Assembly (NCBI GenBank): GCA_009859145.1
Contig: VRVR01000002.1
Location: forward strand, 96,635-160,634
Length of the DNA stretch: 64,000 nt
Direction of reading: 5' to 3'
From: Andalucia godoyi And28
Lineage: Eukaryota > Protista > Jakobida
Both the position numbers and the translations under genes were made by a program. Numbering within the stretch: the stretch's first letter is position 1; every line of letters begins with the position of its first letter. A model generated the notes under the pieces. That model was not told the DNA's origin, did not search any database, and saw nothing but the letters and a program-made list of their open reading frames with translations. Shown piece after piece: positions 22,969-34,480 of the stretch.

Positions 22969-25104
22969 TCAAGCGGACTGGGATACTGGAGTTCGGACAA
23001 TAGACAGCTTCATTCTCTTCGTCGGCGGAGCCTGAGGAACTGCTGCTGGCTGCTTCACGGGAGTGGAGGAAATCAGCGATTTCTCGTCTTCGATGATTGG
23101 CGTCTGCGAAATGGCGAGAAGCTCAAAGGCATTTCTGTTGGAGACGGGGTGCTGTAAAACTACCTCTCCAGCTGATCGCGGAATGTCTGCCTCGGGTCCC
23201 TGGAACAATGGTCTCCGCAGTCTTTTCCCTTTTTCGTTCGAGGCGGGAAGCGGAGGAAGCACCGGCGCCTTCAGTTTCTCTCGCCGTATGTCATCTTCAC
23301 CTTCGCTTGCCGTCGAATCGTCGTCATCGTCCAGAACTCGCTTTCGAAGGTTCTCGTGCGACCGGTTGCGCATGACCATGGGATCCAGGGAGGAAATGGT
23401 CCCCATAGAAGCGATAGGCTCAGAATCAGTAGGTGCATCCAGACGCTTTGGATCCGCAAACTCCTTTCCCAGTATGTTGCTAAAGTCTCTACAAGACGTG
23501 TCGTTCGGGAGGCTGCTCTCGAAGGCACGGAGACTATGCTCGTTCTTGACCACGTTTCTGGCCTTTCGTCTTCCAAACGCCTCCACTAGCCCGTTAGCTT
23601 CCATTCGGTCTAAAATATTGATTGCCATGTCTTCCGTTGTGCCCACTAGCTTCGCCAGTCGGTACGGAGTAACAGCGAGATGGTTCTTTCTTGGATCGCA
23701 CAATTCGACCACACACTCACGATAGAGCGCTTCTTCGAATGGAGGCCAAGTGCGTTCTTGCGGGGCCGCAGTGGCAACTAGCCGTTCGGTGGGACCGTCG
23801 ATCTGACTCGGTGTCTCTTTCGCACGCGCGACAGGCGTGCTGAGACCGGTTGCATGGATTTTCTTTTTCCGTCCTTCATCTTGATTGGTTTGCTTGCGAG
23901 GATGGTTGGCTGCGGTCGCTGGGGAGCCTAGTGTGGCTTCCTGCGGAGGAGGGCTCTGTGCTGCGAGGGTCTTTTCGGCTCCGTCGGATCGGTGCACAGA
24001 AGAAAGTGATGGGGAAGCAATTTCTTCAAACTCGATTTCGTTTTCCACGAAGGCTACGTTCGGCCCGTCAACGTTCGTTTCCCCGTCGCTGATCAACAGG
24101 GTGTCCACGGACGCTCGCATCTTGACCGTCATTTCATGATATTTTGTTGACATGCTTCCAACAGTCATCCCCATGCTCTTCGCATTCCAATTTAAGATCT
24201 CATCTAGAATTCGTGGTCACAGCGTGATTAGCGTTTGTGCGGTGCGTATGCAGGGAGAATCTGAAAGAAGTGAGGAAACAGCGGAGCAACATACTGTGGT
24301 TTGCCTTGCGGAAGCATTCGGGCTCGTAGTCTTCCGGTGTGTTTTCGTGATAGAGGAGCTTCATCGTTAGACATCGATTTGCTACAGTACAACATCGTGC
24401 AAGATATGGGTTAGATTGTCGCTGCTGCACATGGAAAGACCATTGTATATAGACAACATACCAGGAAGAGTGGCCATTGTTTGTGACAGCATCAGAATTG
24501 TTCGCACCATCCCAGAACTTGCTTGCCGGACTTGTTTTTTGACAGCCTGATACTGCTGTGAGGATTCTTCGACGGACACGTCGACATTCACCCCGTCCTC
24601 TCCATAAGCGTACGAAAAGGCGTACGATTCGAGGAGTTTGGCATGCGCCATTGACTCTCCTGCGACTTCCTTGTTTTCGTAAATCGAGAATACCATCGTT
24701 TTCAAGTACTTCTTCGTCATTGCGTCGACGACACCGAGCTCGAACCATCGAAGCACGGATCTTGCTTCGGGTGTGCCGGCAACGAGTTGCTTCGTTTGGA
24801 TGTCTGTTTCTGCCGTGAGTAAAAGGAAAATTTGTGTCTAAACGAAGATGCAGAAGAAGATGCAGAAGAAGATGCAGAAGAAGATGCAGAAGAAGGAGAA
24901 GAAGAAGGAGAAAGAACCCAGACTCGCTGAATTTGCTAGCTACGTACCTCCTATGCGAACATCCTTGAAGCAGTTCTCAGGAAAAATGTTGCGCATGTAT
25001 GCAATGGTTGAAATCAAAGCCCTTGAAACATTTCGCGTAAACACCAGCGACCGTTGCGGATTGAACACTTCTTGCTTTTCCTGTTTTGCCACTGCAACTG
25101 ACAT
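22969..25104 (-). CDS. HOP1: Meiotic HORMA-domain axis protein Hop1/ASY1/HORMAD, 4 exons
   Basis: Exons 25104-24948, 24809-24462, 24381-24295 and 24203-22969 give 608 aa in frame. HORMA motifs ISTIAYMRNIFPENCF, LLESYAF and LTMKLLYHENTPEDYEPECF; a winged-helix-like block (TPYRLAKLVG...ILDRMEANG); C-terminal closure-motif-like PPTKRMKLSIVRTPV. Confidence 0.88.
24844..24891. repeat. 12-bp tandem repeat (GAAGATGCAGAA)x4 in Hop1 intron 1
   Basis: Four exact copies read directly from the sequence. Confidence 0.95.
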
Positions 25105-25713
25105 ATTTTTGATACGAAATAAAAATAAGAGGAAGAGGAAGAGGAAGAGGAAGAGGAAGAGCATGCAGAGAAAAAAGAAAGAAAAAAAAGAAAAAAAACA
25201 CGAAGGAGAGCAAGAGGAAAACGGAAGAAAACAGTCTGGCGGGAACGTGCGCATGGATTGGTCGGAGACACGAGTTTTCGCGCGGAATGACAAGAAAAAA
25301 AAGAGGAATGCCGATCAACTTGAGCTCAAATGTGATTCTTTCGACTCGGTGACCATGATTTGAATTTTTTTCGTTATCTTTCCTCTTCTTTCACTTTTGT
25401 GGACCTCACATGACGACTCACAAGTCTCGTTCACCATACAGCACACGAATCTCTGGAATTCAAGAAGGACTGAAGTTCTTGATTTTCCTCTTTTCCACCC
25501 TTTGCTTCTTCTCGCTGATTCATTCCTATTTCATTACAAAACGGTGACTCTGATTCCTTTTCCCACAAAAGGTTCCGCTTATCCCTGTTCTTATTCCTTA
25601 TTATTTGAATCATTACATTGCTCTTCTTTCTTCTTCTTTTTTCCTGTTCTCGTTTTTAATCTGTCATTGTTTTTTGTTTTTTATTGTTGCTGTTGCATTG
25701 TGAAAGGTGCAGA

Positions 25714-27267
25714 ATGGATGATCTAGACTTTGAAGAAGCGGGAGAAACGTACGATTACGAGTATGAATACAACGATGATGAGGATTCGATGACTCGTGAC
25801 GAAGGGTTCTATGGCGGCGATATGATTCACAGTCCGCATGTTCCTGCGCCGGTATTCAAGGTAGTGTCGCCTGATGATCTCGCGAAAAGCCAGTCTGTGT
25901 TCATCAAGCAGATATCAGAAATCCTGAACTGCTCGTTGTCTGCAGCAGGCTCTCTAGCTAGGTATTTCCACTGGGATCGACAGAAGCTTCTTGAAAATTA
26001 CTATTCAGACGAGGAGAGAACGCTGCAGAAGGCGGGTGTGGATACCCGGAATGTTGGATACAAAAAGGGAAAGTTTGGTGCCCCACTGATGTGCAACATC
26101 TGCTTTGATCAGAAGGACGGCTCGGAAATGTGTGCTGTGTCGTGCAACCATTTCTTTTGCGCGTGCTGCTATCGAGGGTACTTGGAATCAAAGCTGAACG
26201 AAGGACCGTCGGTGATTCTCACGACTTGCCCGTTTCCAAAGTGCACTTGCGTGGTCTCAGAAGACTGTTTTCGTGATCTTATGGCCGCAGACTGTGTGAC
26301 GAGGTATGAGACGTTCTTGACGCGTTCATTTGTGGACGACAATCCAAATGTGAGATGGTGCCCTGCACCGAATTGCGGAAATGCAGTCTCGGCCGAAAAT
26401 GCAAAGTGGAACACGGTCTGCGAATGCTCTTGTCAGAAACGCTTCTGCTTCGGATGCGGAGCTGATCCCCACAATCCTGCGCCGTGCAAAGTCGTCAAAG
26501 ACTGGATGTCCAGAGAAGTGAAAGAATCTGCGACTTCGGAATGGCTCGTCAAGAACACCCGGGACTGTCCAAAGTGCAGCGTCCGAATTCACAAGGACGG
26601 CGGCTGCAATCACGTGACGTGTTCGAAGTGCCGCTACGAGTTTTGCTGGATTTGTGGTGACGACTGGACAAGACATGGATCCAGCACTGGCGGTTATTAC
26701 TCCTGCAATCGATTCAACGAGACAAGCACTGCGCCCGGGCGTCCAGGAGGATCGGCGACTTCCGCTGCTGCCAAGCTTCGCGACGGGCTGGAAAAGTACG
26801 TGCACCATTTGAACCGATTCCAGAATCATGAGCAAGCCAGCAAGTACGAAAGCAAGATTCGAAGTAGAATTAACAAACTCAAGGAGCAGCGCAGTGGGTC
26901 CTCGATGGACACGTTAGAAGATATAGATTATTTGACCGTGGCTCTGGATGCCGCGATGCGTGCCCGTAGTGTTTTGAAGTGGACTTACGTGGCCGCGTTT
27001 TACATGAGCTTGGGTCCGCACAAGGAAGTCTTCTCGCACAGCCAAGAACAGCTGGAAGGTGCGGTGGAGCATCTCACGAGTCTGCTGGAGAAGGATCTGA
27101 CCACCATCAATCGCACGGAGGTCATGTTTCTCACGACGCTCATCACTCAGTGGATCGACCGAGTGGAGCATTTTGACTACGATGAAGCTGGCGGGGTTGA
27201 CGCGGTGTTTGATTTGAGCATGCTTGGTGGCGGTTTCCTTCGCACTGCGGCTTCAACAAAGCGATAG
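25714..27267 (+). CDS. ARIH1: Ariadne-family RBR E3 ubiquitin ligase
   Basis: Acidic N-terminus, RING1 (CNICFD...CNHFFCACC), IBR (WCPAPNC...FCFGC...H), RING2 with catalytic Cys (CPKCSVRIHKDGGCNHVTC) and an Ariadne domain. Confidence 0.92.
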   Translation: MDDLDFEEAGETYDYEYEYNDDEDSMTRDEGFYGGDMIHSPHVPAPVFKVVSPDDLAKSQSVFIKQISEILNCSLSAAGSLARYFHWDRQKLLENYYSDEERTLQKAGVDTRNVGYKKGKFGAPLMCNICFDQKDGSEMCAVSCNHFFCACCYRGYLESKLNEGPSVILTTCPFPKCTCVVSEDCFRDLMAADCVTRYETFLTRSFVDDNPNVRWCPAPNCGNAVSAENAKWNTVCECSCQKRFCFGCGADPHNPAPCKVVKDWMSREVKESATSEWLVKNTRDCPKCSVRIHKDGGCNHVTCSKCRYEFCWICGDDWTRHGSSTGGYYSCNRFNETSTAPGRPGGSATSAAAKLRDGLEKYVHHLNRFQNHEQASKYESKIRSRINKLKEQRSGSSMDTLEDIDYLTVALDAAMRARSVLKWTYVAAFYMSLGPHKEVFSHSQEQLEGAVEHLTSLLEKDLTTINRTEVMFLTTLITQWIDRVEHFDYDEAGGVDAVFDLSMLGGGFLRTAASTKR

Positions 27268-27544
27268 TACGGGTACCTGAGCGACCAAGGAAACACATCG
27301 AAGGATCTTTGCGAGATTTGGAAGCCCCAAAGTTGTTGTTGCTGTCGTCGACCTTCTTTTTCTTAAATTGTAACTATGGATGGTTTGCGTCAACTTCCTG
27401 TTCATTTTTCTGCAGGGAGACGCGAGATAAATATAGATACTATGAATCAAAAACCAACCAACCAACCAACCAACCCCTCTTCCCTCTCAATTTTCGTATT
27501 TTATGATATTGTGCAAGTTTCCGGAATGTGGTGCGAGATCTGCA

Positions 27545-28621
27545 CTATGATAGCACCCATTTGACGTATTCATACGTGGTCCAGCAAAATGCCACACTGG
27601 GCCCCATGTACATGACACGAGCCGACGCACCCCGGAAAAACCCTGCGCTTCCATCTTCTCTTAGGATCCTCCGCACTACATCTTGGAAACCTTCGTTCAC
27701 GCCGTACTCCGCTTGCGTCTGCAACCGTGTCTTGATCACATCCAGGGGATTGGAGACCAATGCGGCAGCTGCTCCAGCGCCACATCCAGCAACCACGTGT
27801 TTCCACGGTTCGTACTCGATGTGGTCATGGCCATCATCATCGTCATCGTCGTCGGCATGGCTGTGGTGGCCGTCTACGCCGTCTTTACTTGCACTGTGCA
27901 AAGGATCCAGCTTCAGAAGCCCCTTGCCGCTCGCTGCATTCGCTTGCAATTCCTGCTCCCTCCTTAGCTGATCCTCCCACTGCAGCCTCCTTTGCGCCAC
28001 AATTTCTGCCGAAGGATTACGCCCAAGGAGAGTCCTCAGGGATTCGTACGTCGCGAACTGCACTGCAGTATGAGGAATTCCCATTGCAACTGTTGTTGGA
28101 TACGACAAGAAGAATGCTCGAACTCCTTCTTTCAACAGCACAGTTCGAAAGCAATGCCATGCATTCCTGTAGTTTGAATTCGCTAGCTGCATTCTTTGCT
28201 TGATGACATCGAGTGGAGTCGAAACTGCATCGTGAAATAGAACTGCGATTGCCCCTGAACTACCAGCAGCCACTGGATGATGCCCCTTGCGATCAGCCCC
28301 AGTAGCTTTCTTTGCAGCTTCGTACGCAGCAAAGTACAGCGCATGCGACGGAAACGCTCCTGCAACCACCGCACTCATTCCCGAAAATAGCTTTAGTGGT
28401 CCTTCCGAGCGCGCCACGTGCAACAGCTCTCCAATCACACTTCGGCGAATGGATTTCGAGTCCAGCGTCTGCAGCCGAGTCTTGATCATGTCAAAAGGGA
28501 ACATCCCAACGTGTTCCATAAGCCCAGCCGAGCCACCAGCAATCATGTGAACAACAGGAGACACTCCAGGTGGTCTCTCTCCTTCTTCAACATGAGCCGC
28601 AAACACAGGTCGATCGCTCAT
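27545..28621 (-). CDS. MRS3: Mitochondrial carrier, mitoferrin (Mrs3/4) type
   Basis: Three PxDxxKxR signatures (PFDMIKTR, PLDVIKQR, PLDVIKTR). AGLMEHVGMFP and GAFPSHALYF are characteristic of mitoferrins. Confidence 0.85.
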   Translation of the reverse strand: MSDRPVFAAHVEEGERPPGVSPVVHMIAGGSAGLMEHVGMFPFDMIKTRLQTLDSKSIRRSVIGELLHVARSEGPLKLFSGMSAVVAGAFPSHALYFAAYEAAKKATGADRKGHHPVAAGSSGAIAVLFHDAVSTPLDVIKQRMQLANSNYRNAWHCFRTVLLKEGVRAFFLSYPTTVAMGIPHTAVQFATYESLRTLLGRNPSAEIVAQRRLQWEDQLRREQELQANAASGKGLLKLDPLHSASKDGVDGHHSHADDDDDDDGHDHIEYEPWKHVVAGCGAGAAAALVSNPLDVIKTRLQTQAEYGVNEGFQDVVRRILREDGSAGFFRGASARVMYMGPSVAFCWTTYEYVKWVLS

Positions 28622-28816
28622 ATTTCAAAAATGATCTATGAAATAAAGAATAATTATGCTCGTTCGTTTCCAACTCGGTTGGCAGTTCGTTCGTTGTGCT
28701 TGCTCTGACTGTCCCTCTGCGACGAATCGACAGGATCCAGCGATTCTAAACCTAGAAATGATCAAAAAATTGTCAAAATAACACCACTGCGTACAATGAC
28801 CAATTGGGGATCGTCG

Positions 28817-28854
<38 letters not shown>

Positions 28855-29448
28855 CAGCACAAACAACTAATCAACACATCAGATAATAAAGAAGAGGAAA
28901 AAAATAGAATGGAAGAAATTGTCAAGTTCGGAATCAAAAGCCTTTTTTTTTTCGCATGCACGCAAAGCGAACTGCGAAAAAATATATACATTGTAACTAC
29001 AGCAATAATTTAAAAAAATCCCGGAAATCTTTTGCTTTTCCTCTACGGTCTGCATCACGTGATGCACGTACTAGGGGGGAAAAAACAGACCCACAAGTCG
29101 AAAAGGCCTCTTCTATGCATTTGTTCAAATACTGCATTTTGCTAAGAACTAGCTTGCCAGTGTGAGCTTGACAGGTGTTGGGGCAGGCCTTCAAAGCCTG
29201 TGCGGGCCACAAGCCCGAATGGATCGATACCATCTCGCTGGCGTCATTGTTTTTTTGTTTTTGTTTTTGTTTTTTCTTTTCGACTGGTCGACCAGATCCG
29301 TGTTCCATTCGCCGCTGGGTTGGAATGGAACGGAGACAAATTGTCATTCAGCCAAGAATGCACACATAACAAAGCGCTGGAATAGAAATGAATATACATA
29401 TATGTAGTACATTTGCATGGAAGAGAGGGCATCATCCGAAAAATTAGT

Positions 29449-31377
29449 CTACAGCTTGGATCGGGGGCCATTAGAGGGGCCCTGGTATCGAGAAGATGGC
29501 TCTTGAGACAAGTTTGAAACATGCGTGATAAAGTCATTGGGAACTTCGATTGCCGCGAGGAGTTTGGCAAGCAAGTTTTCTGCAATGAGCGGGCTCATCA
29601 ACTGCGTGCGCTGAATGACGGCAGCCGAACGGACAAACTGAATGACGCAATCCAGGAGGTCTGTGGACATTGCAAAGTTAAGACGTGGAATGCGAGATCC
29701 ATCGGAACGACGCCCTTGGTTACGAATGAGTCCGATCCAAAGGACCTTGCCTGGCTGCCCACATTTTGGATCCTGCAGCAAGAAAAGCGGACCGCCGGAA
29801 TTGCCCTGGTGGATCACGCAATCTGTTTGATATCCAATGCAGCACAGCGAGGAAGTCGTAAGAATTTTGGAAATGCAGCCGCGGGAAAATCCGGCTGGAA
29901 ACGCAGGATTCAAGCCAAACAAGCCAAATCCAACCGCGCAAACTGCAGAGCCCGTCGATACACGGTTGGAGAAAGCAATTGAAATCGCTGGTTCGCTTTC
30001 GGAGCTCAGTATGCACACATCGGATTCCGGAAGAACGGCAATGGTGGATGTGGGAACGGCCGACACATGCAGCAATGCAACGTCCACAGAACCGCTGCAG
30101 ACGTACACCACACGAGCATCTATCCACGGCGTAAACACCTGATTGTCCCCGTGAACACCATCATCCGCGTAAAAACGAACCTTGACGATCCATGATGAAA
30201 ACGATGAATGGTTTACTCCAGAAGAGCTGGGTTCTGATTTCGGTCCGCCATCTCGTACCACATGAGCGTTTGTAACGATGTAGCCGAGACTCGATAGCAG
30301 CACTCCGGATCCCCAAGACGAGCCCGCATGGATGTCGACGCACGTTCGTCGGATCTTGTCCACCAGCCGTCCAGAGAATCCCGCCGAAAGACTCTCACAA
30401 ACTGCGGTATCCAGTCGCAAGGGACGGTCGATTGACCTCGTTTCTGCACGCACCGCTGATAGTCGCTCCAGCAGGCTAACAATTGACTCGGGCAGCATTG
30501 AGACGGTCGGAGCATCGAATATCAGCGCAATGTGAAACTCGATTCCTGCGGCATCGTGCCGAATGGGATGCAAAATCATACCGACCAGCTGTCCTGAATG
30601 GCAGCAAAACAGCGGTGCACCTTCTGAACCCGGCAAAAGACGACAATCAACCAACGCCAGCGTGGGATGTTGTCGATTTGCACACGCAACGGAATGCACA
30701 TAGTTGGCTACGTGTCCGCAGGATACCGAATGCGACAGCGCGCTTGTGCATACGACGCCAAACGGACTCGAAGCGGCGACAATTTGAGCACCAATGCGCG
30801 GCCGATCAACTGGTATTTTCACATCTCCACAGACCGGGCCACTGTGAGAAGACGGAATTGATTCGGAAAGCTTCAAAACCGCAAATACAGTCCTGGAGGA
30901 TGCGGATGATGCTGCATCGACGCCGAACGCATCCGTCATTTGAATGGACTTTTCGCATAACCCAAGTTTGTGTCGCTGTACTGTACCTATCTGCCTCGCC
31001 ATCCTTAGCGCAGGCCATCCAAGCGACAGTCCACTCGGAGAACCGTGAATAATTGATGAAATCATAACATCAATCGCAGACACGTGGACAAATGAAATAT
31101 GGTGTGCATGAAAATACTTGTCAATCCCTTGCAGCAGGATGCGAACATGGCACCCTGGAAACAGTTTGCAAGTATCTGAGCTATAGGAGTCAACAAACGG
31201 CACAACAATGGAATCGAGGCAAAGGACAGTATCTTCGGAAAGCACAATTCCAGACGTCGAAAGCTGCGAAACCTGTCCATTTCGCGTGTAGAATGGCTGG
31301 CCAAGCAGCTTGCTTCCGTATGGATCTGGGCCCTCCGTGACGACTGTGCATCCTATTCTTATATAATCCGCATTCAT
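29449..31377 (-). CDS. TYSND1: Peroxisomal trypsin-like processing protease (DEG15/TYSND1)
   Basis: Degenerate first protease domain (LPGSEGAP); active second domain with triad TNAHVV / VDVALL / GNSGGP; C-terminal PTS1 -SKL. The likely ATG is MNADYIRIG at 31377. Confidence 0.85.
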   Translation of the reverse strand: MNADYIRIGCTVVTEGPDPYGSKLLGQPFYTRNGQVSQLSTSGIVLSEDTVLCLDSIVVPFVDSYSSDTCKLFPGCHVRILLQGIDKYFHAHHISFVHVSAIDVMISSIIHGSPSGLSLGWPALRMARQIGTVQRHKLGLCEKSIQMTDAFGVDAASSASSRTVFAVLKLSESIPSSHSGPVCGDVKIPVDRPRIGAQIVAASSPFGVVCTSALSHSVSCGHVANYVHSVACANRQHPTLALVDCRLLPGSEGAPLFCCHSGQLVGMILHPIRHDAAGIEFHIALIFDAPTVSMLPESIVSLLERLSAVRAETRSIDRPLRLDTAVCESLSAGFSGRLVDKIRRTCVDIHAGSSWGSGVLLSSLGYIVTNAHVVRDGGPKSEPSSSGVNHSSFSSWIVKVRFYADDGVHGDNQVFTPWIDARVVYVCSGSVDVALLHVSAVPTSTIAVLPESDVCILSSESEPAISIAFSNRVSTGSAVCAVGFGLFGLNPAFPAGFSRGCISKILTTSSLCCIGYQTDCVIHQGNSGGPLFLLQDPKCGQPGKVLWIGLIRNQGRRSDGSRIPRLNFAMSTDLLDCVIQFVRSAAVIQRTQLMSPLIAENLLAKLLAAIEVPNDFITHVSNLSQEPSSRYQGPSNGPRSKL

Positions 31378-31643
31378 TGCATGACTGCCGCAAACATGGA
31401 GCAGATTCGCCAACGCCGGAGAACAAAAAAAAAAAAAACCAGCCCGTTCCACTTTGGAGTTTCGCAATCGGACTGTGCACAAACAGCACAACAAAACAAA
31501 CCTATACGGCAATGTTTTCCCTCGACAAAAGATACCCCGTCTTCGTATACGGCTGGCAGCTTTGTGCGTCAACGTTGAACATCGAGCAAAATACGGTTCT
31601 CTTACCGCAGATTCTCTGTTGTTCTTTCTGTTTATGTTTTTTA

Positions 31644-32088
31644 TAATCGAACCCTCAAACAGCACCATTCATCAAGGACAAAGCATCTCATGGCTCCAAA
31701 GAGGGGTCTTCCCAACAAACCCAAACCGGCCATGTCCGAAGATACCGAGAACCAAGAAACCCGTTGATTCCCTCTTGTCGCAACTTGCTGAGGAAGCTGA
31801 TGATCAAATCACGGAGATATGGTCGATTTGCGTTCGGAATGCGCTTTCAAGCCAGAGAACAAGAAACAACAAAGGCAAAAGCGTCGTCAGGCGCGGCGTC
31901 GTTCGCCGACCACATTTTGTTTCCTTCAACGTTCATTTTTGAATGTTGAATCGATTGGGGAATATGTTGGTTGCAATGGCCCTTTGATGTAGAGTTGGTG
32001 CTCGCCCCCAAATAAAGACACGTGGTTTGGATCAATCTTCGGTGACAGCTGAGCCGATGACCAATAGTGATTTCATGTTTTGGTGAAC
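31644..32088 (+). repeat. Dispersed repeat, copy 1 (homologous to 50325-50608)
   Basis: Shares TAATCGAACCCTCAA...ATGGCTCCAAAGAGGGGTCTTCCCAACAAAC and a second block (about 31976-32088) with copy 2. It has about 190 nt of extra internal sequence. Confidence 0.85.
31690..31767 (+). CDS. Candidate 25-aa microprotein MAPKRGLPNKPKPAMSEDTENQETR
   Basis: ATG and TGA positions are conserved in the second copy at 50376-50453. There is no expression evidence. Confidence 0.3.
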   Translation: MAPKRGLPNKPKPAMSEDTENQETR

Positions 32089-32602
32089 AATAAGCCGTTG
32101 GCGACTTTTGAACTGTTTCTTATCGTGTTTTATTTCATTTTCATCGTCTTTGACAAGACGCTTGATGTCCGTCCGGTTAGAACTAAATAAAACGCCAAAT
32201 CTCCCTCTCTTCCTCTTGGAGACATGCTCGAAACTGCACGAACGATCCGGGGGGGGAAGCACGATCTTCAAGCCAGGTGCTTTGGAAACGAGGCCGCATG
32301 CGGAAAGGTGCAGTGGGTGTGTCCGCACTTCTTGCCAACGACTCTACAACAGCGCCCAGCGTGGCGAGCTTGTCGGCGACATTCGCAGCCGATGACAATC
32401 TGTCGGAAACGTGATTGGCCCTTTCCTCTACGCAAGAGTCTCGTTACCCCATCAAGAAGCGGACCCTTAACGCCAGATTGCGGATCTCCATGTGCAGCCT
32501 ATCCCGACGTCGGCAGGGGGATGGCATTGAAGAGTCAGGGAAGCCGTTGGGAAGAGGGGCTGAGAGCAATGAATGTTTCTTTTCTTTTTGTGCTGGATTT
32601 CA

Positions 32603-33823
32603 CTACACGTAGAGCAATCCCAGGCTTACCATAATGTACAGAAGAATGAGTGCGTTTGTCAAGGAAGCAATCATGAATGGGAGTCTCCAGAATAAAAAAT
32701 CGGTGTGATGAATGACAAAGTAGACATCTGCAGCGACAAGCGCGCATTCGACGAGAAATGCGACTTGTACGTTGTCATGCTGCACCTCGACTTCATTTCT
32801 GTACACCGCAACAGCGGTGTGAAAGCCAAGAAGCGCATCGATGGCCACCAACCCAAGAAAATCCAGACGTAGAGGAATCATCGGGAATCCAGCAACGTTA
32901 CTCTTGATAAGTATCTCGAGAAGAATCTCCAGAATCAGCTGGATTATTACATTGAAGGCAATAAACATGGAAAGTCGAACGAAGATCAGAGGTGGTGGCG
33001 GCGTCGTTACTGAAACCAGTGTCAGCACAGGAGACTCTCCGACTGTCGGTGCACCTTCTCCACCGTTCTCGCGAACTGCGACATCAGCGGTAGATGCAAG
33101 TTCTTCCTCTCGACTTGCGGCCGCCGCTTTGATCTGCTCTCCACGAAGCTGACCGAGGATTTCCGGTCCCTTTTCCATCCCAGATATCGACAGTCGAGAC
33201 GCTCTCCTGAGCCGTTGTTGCTGAACCGAATTTCTGTACCTGTTGATCCACGCCAGTCCGAAAGGTGGAGCCGAATGCTGCGGCATCTCAAAACCATCTG
33301 CAACCCGCAGATTTCTGCCACTGCGGGTAGCATGCTCGGCCGCGACTCCTGCATTCGCCCCAAATGTTAACATGCGGTCGTGATGCAGCCCGACAAGTCC
33401 TTCGACATGCGTGCACGTCGCATGCTGTTTTCGAGCCAGTTGGCCACGGCTCGATCCCGGGCGGTCGTGGAACCGCAAGCTTGACTGTGTTCTTCGCACA
33501 TCCATGCTCGGCCTCCCACTTCGCAGTGCATCCGACCCGCAGTTCGCAGTGGTCGATTCTCCTGACGCTGCAGCAGCAGTTTCTTCTGTTGTATGATATT
33601 CTGGCCCGTGTGTGACTGCTTCCGTCGCAGACGGCGGTGTTTGCGGAGGCTGCATTACAGGAATCGGGAGTTGAAGATGTCTCGGAGCTGCGGACGCAGT
33701 CTCTCGATCACGGCCGTCCACCGATGCATGAGAATCATCCTTGAAATCTGCAAAACTGACCATCCGTTCTCTTGTATCTGTAGTTTTTTTCCTGGTCTTT
33801 CCTGCATCTTCCGAGCGGTCCAT
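32603..33823 (-). CDS. Orphan membrane protein: disordered N-terminus and about 4 C-terminal TM helices
   Basis: 406-aa ATG-initiated ORF. Hydrophobic helices are confined to the last ~130 aa; no family recognised. Confidence 0.7.
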   Translation of the reverse strand: MDRSEDAGKTRKKTTDTRERMVSFADFKDDSHASVDGRDRETASAAPRHLQLPIPVMQPPQTPPSATEAVTHGPEYHTTEETAAAASGESTTANCGSDALRSGRPSMDVRRTQSSLRFHDRPGSSRGQLARKQHATCTHVEGLVGLHHDRMLTFGANAGVAAEHATRSGRNLRVADGFEMPQHSAPPFGLAWINRYRNSVQQQRLRRASRLSISGMEKGPEILGQLRGEQIKAAAASREEELASTADVAVRENGGEGAPTVGESPVLTLVSVTTPPPPLIFVRLSMFIAFNVIIQLILEILLEILIKSNVAGFPMIPLRLDFLGLVAIDALLGFHTAVAVYRNEVEVQHDNVQVAFLVECALVAADVYFVIHHTDFLFWRLPFMIASLTNALILLYIMVSLGLLYV

Positions 33824-34480
33824 TTACTTGACTTGCGCGTTCTGCAGACTCAACGCAAACCAGGAAGTCATGCGTGAATTTCTGGGTTTCAAAAAAATAA
33901 AAAATAAACTTTGATTCGAGACAATACAAATCGTTTACTGGGTTTTTCTGCTCTTGTTTAAAATAAAACTCTACCGTTTCTTTTGTTTTTGAAATGCATA
34001 AAAAGCTGGTGCTTGGTTCTAGTGCCAGTTCGCTTGAACCAGATTGTTATTGCACGAGGGGGAAATAAAAGGAAAATAAAAACCTGATTCTGCATGAAAC
34101 TCCCCTTACTAGGAGAGTGGTGGGGGTGAGTCCGTTCCCCCCGTTTTGTCCAGCAAATGCAAACGGCTTTCTCTTCTTATCCAACAGGCTACGACTTGCG
34201 CGCTGCGTTGCACCATCATCCCCTTGTCGTTCTGAAACAAAACGCGAAAAGGGCAAACGACCACTTGAAAGAGATCCGGCAGTGCTTCAGATTTCCGCTA
34301 ATTCCCGCCTTCTGTGAAACTGCAGCAACTGCGAATCCAAAAAGAAAAAAGAAAAAAGAAAAAAGAAAAACGAGGTACGCCTTCTTTTTGTGTCCAGTCC
34401 AAATAGGATAGATAGAGGACGCAGCGAGAAAAGCTCAGACGGGAGGAGAATCGCTCTTGAATTTCTCTTTATTCACAGAA

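Noticed and set aside
24844-24891. Tandem repeats as a CRISPR-like array
   Set aside because: The units are contiguous with no spacers, the context is eukaryotic, and no cas genes are present.
29051-29066. Perfect 16-bp palindrome TGCATCACGTGATGCA with an E-box core upstream of mitoferrin
   Set aside because: About one such palindrome is expected by chance in 64 kb (64000/4^8), and no second copy was seen.
28650-29440. Short ORFs between mitoferrin and DEG15 (e.g. 28997-29347), and similar ones at 12938-13504 and 50800-51330
   Set aside because: They are low-complexity or lack motifs, and I found no coherent splice model; they are probably UTR or intergenic sequence.
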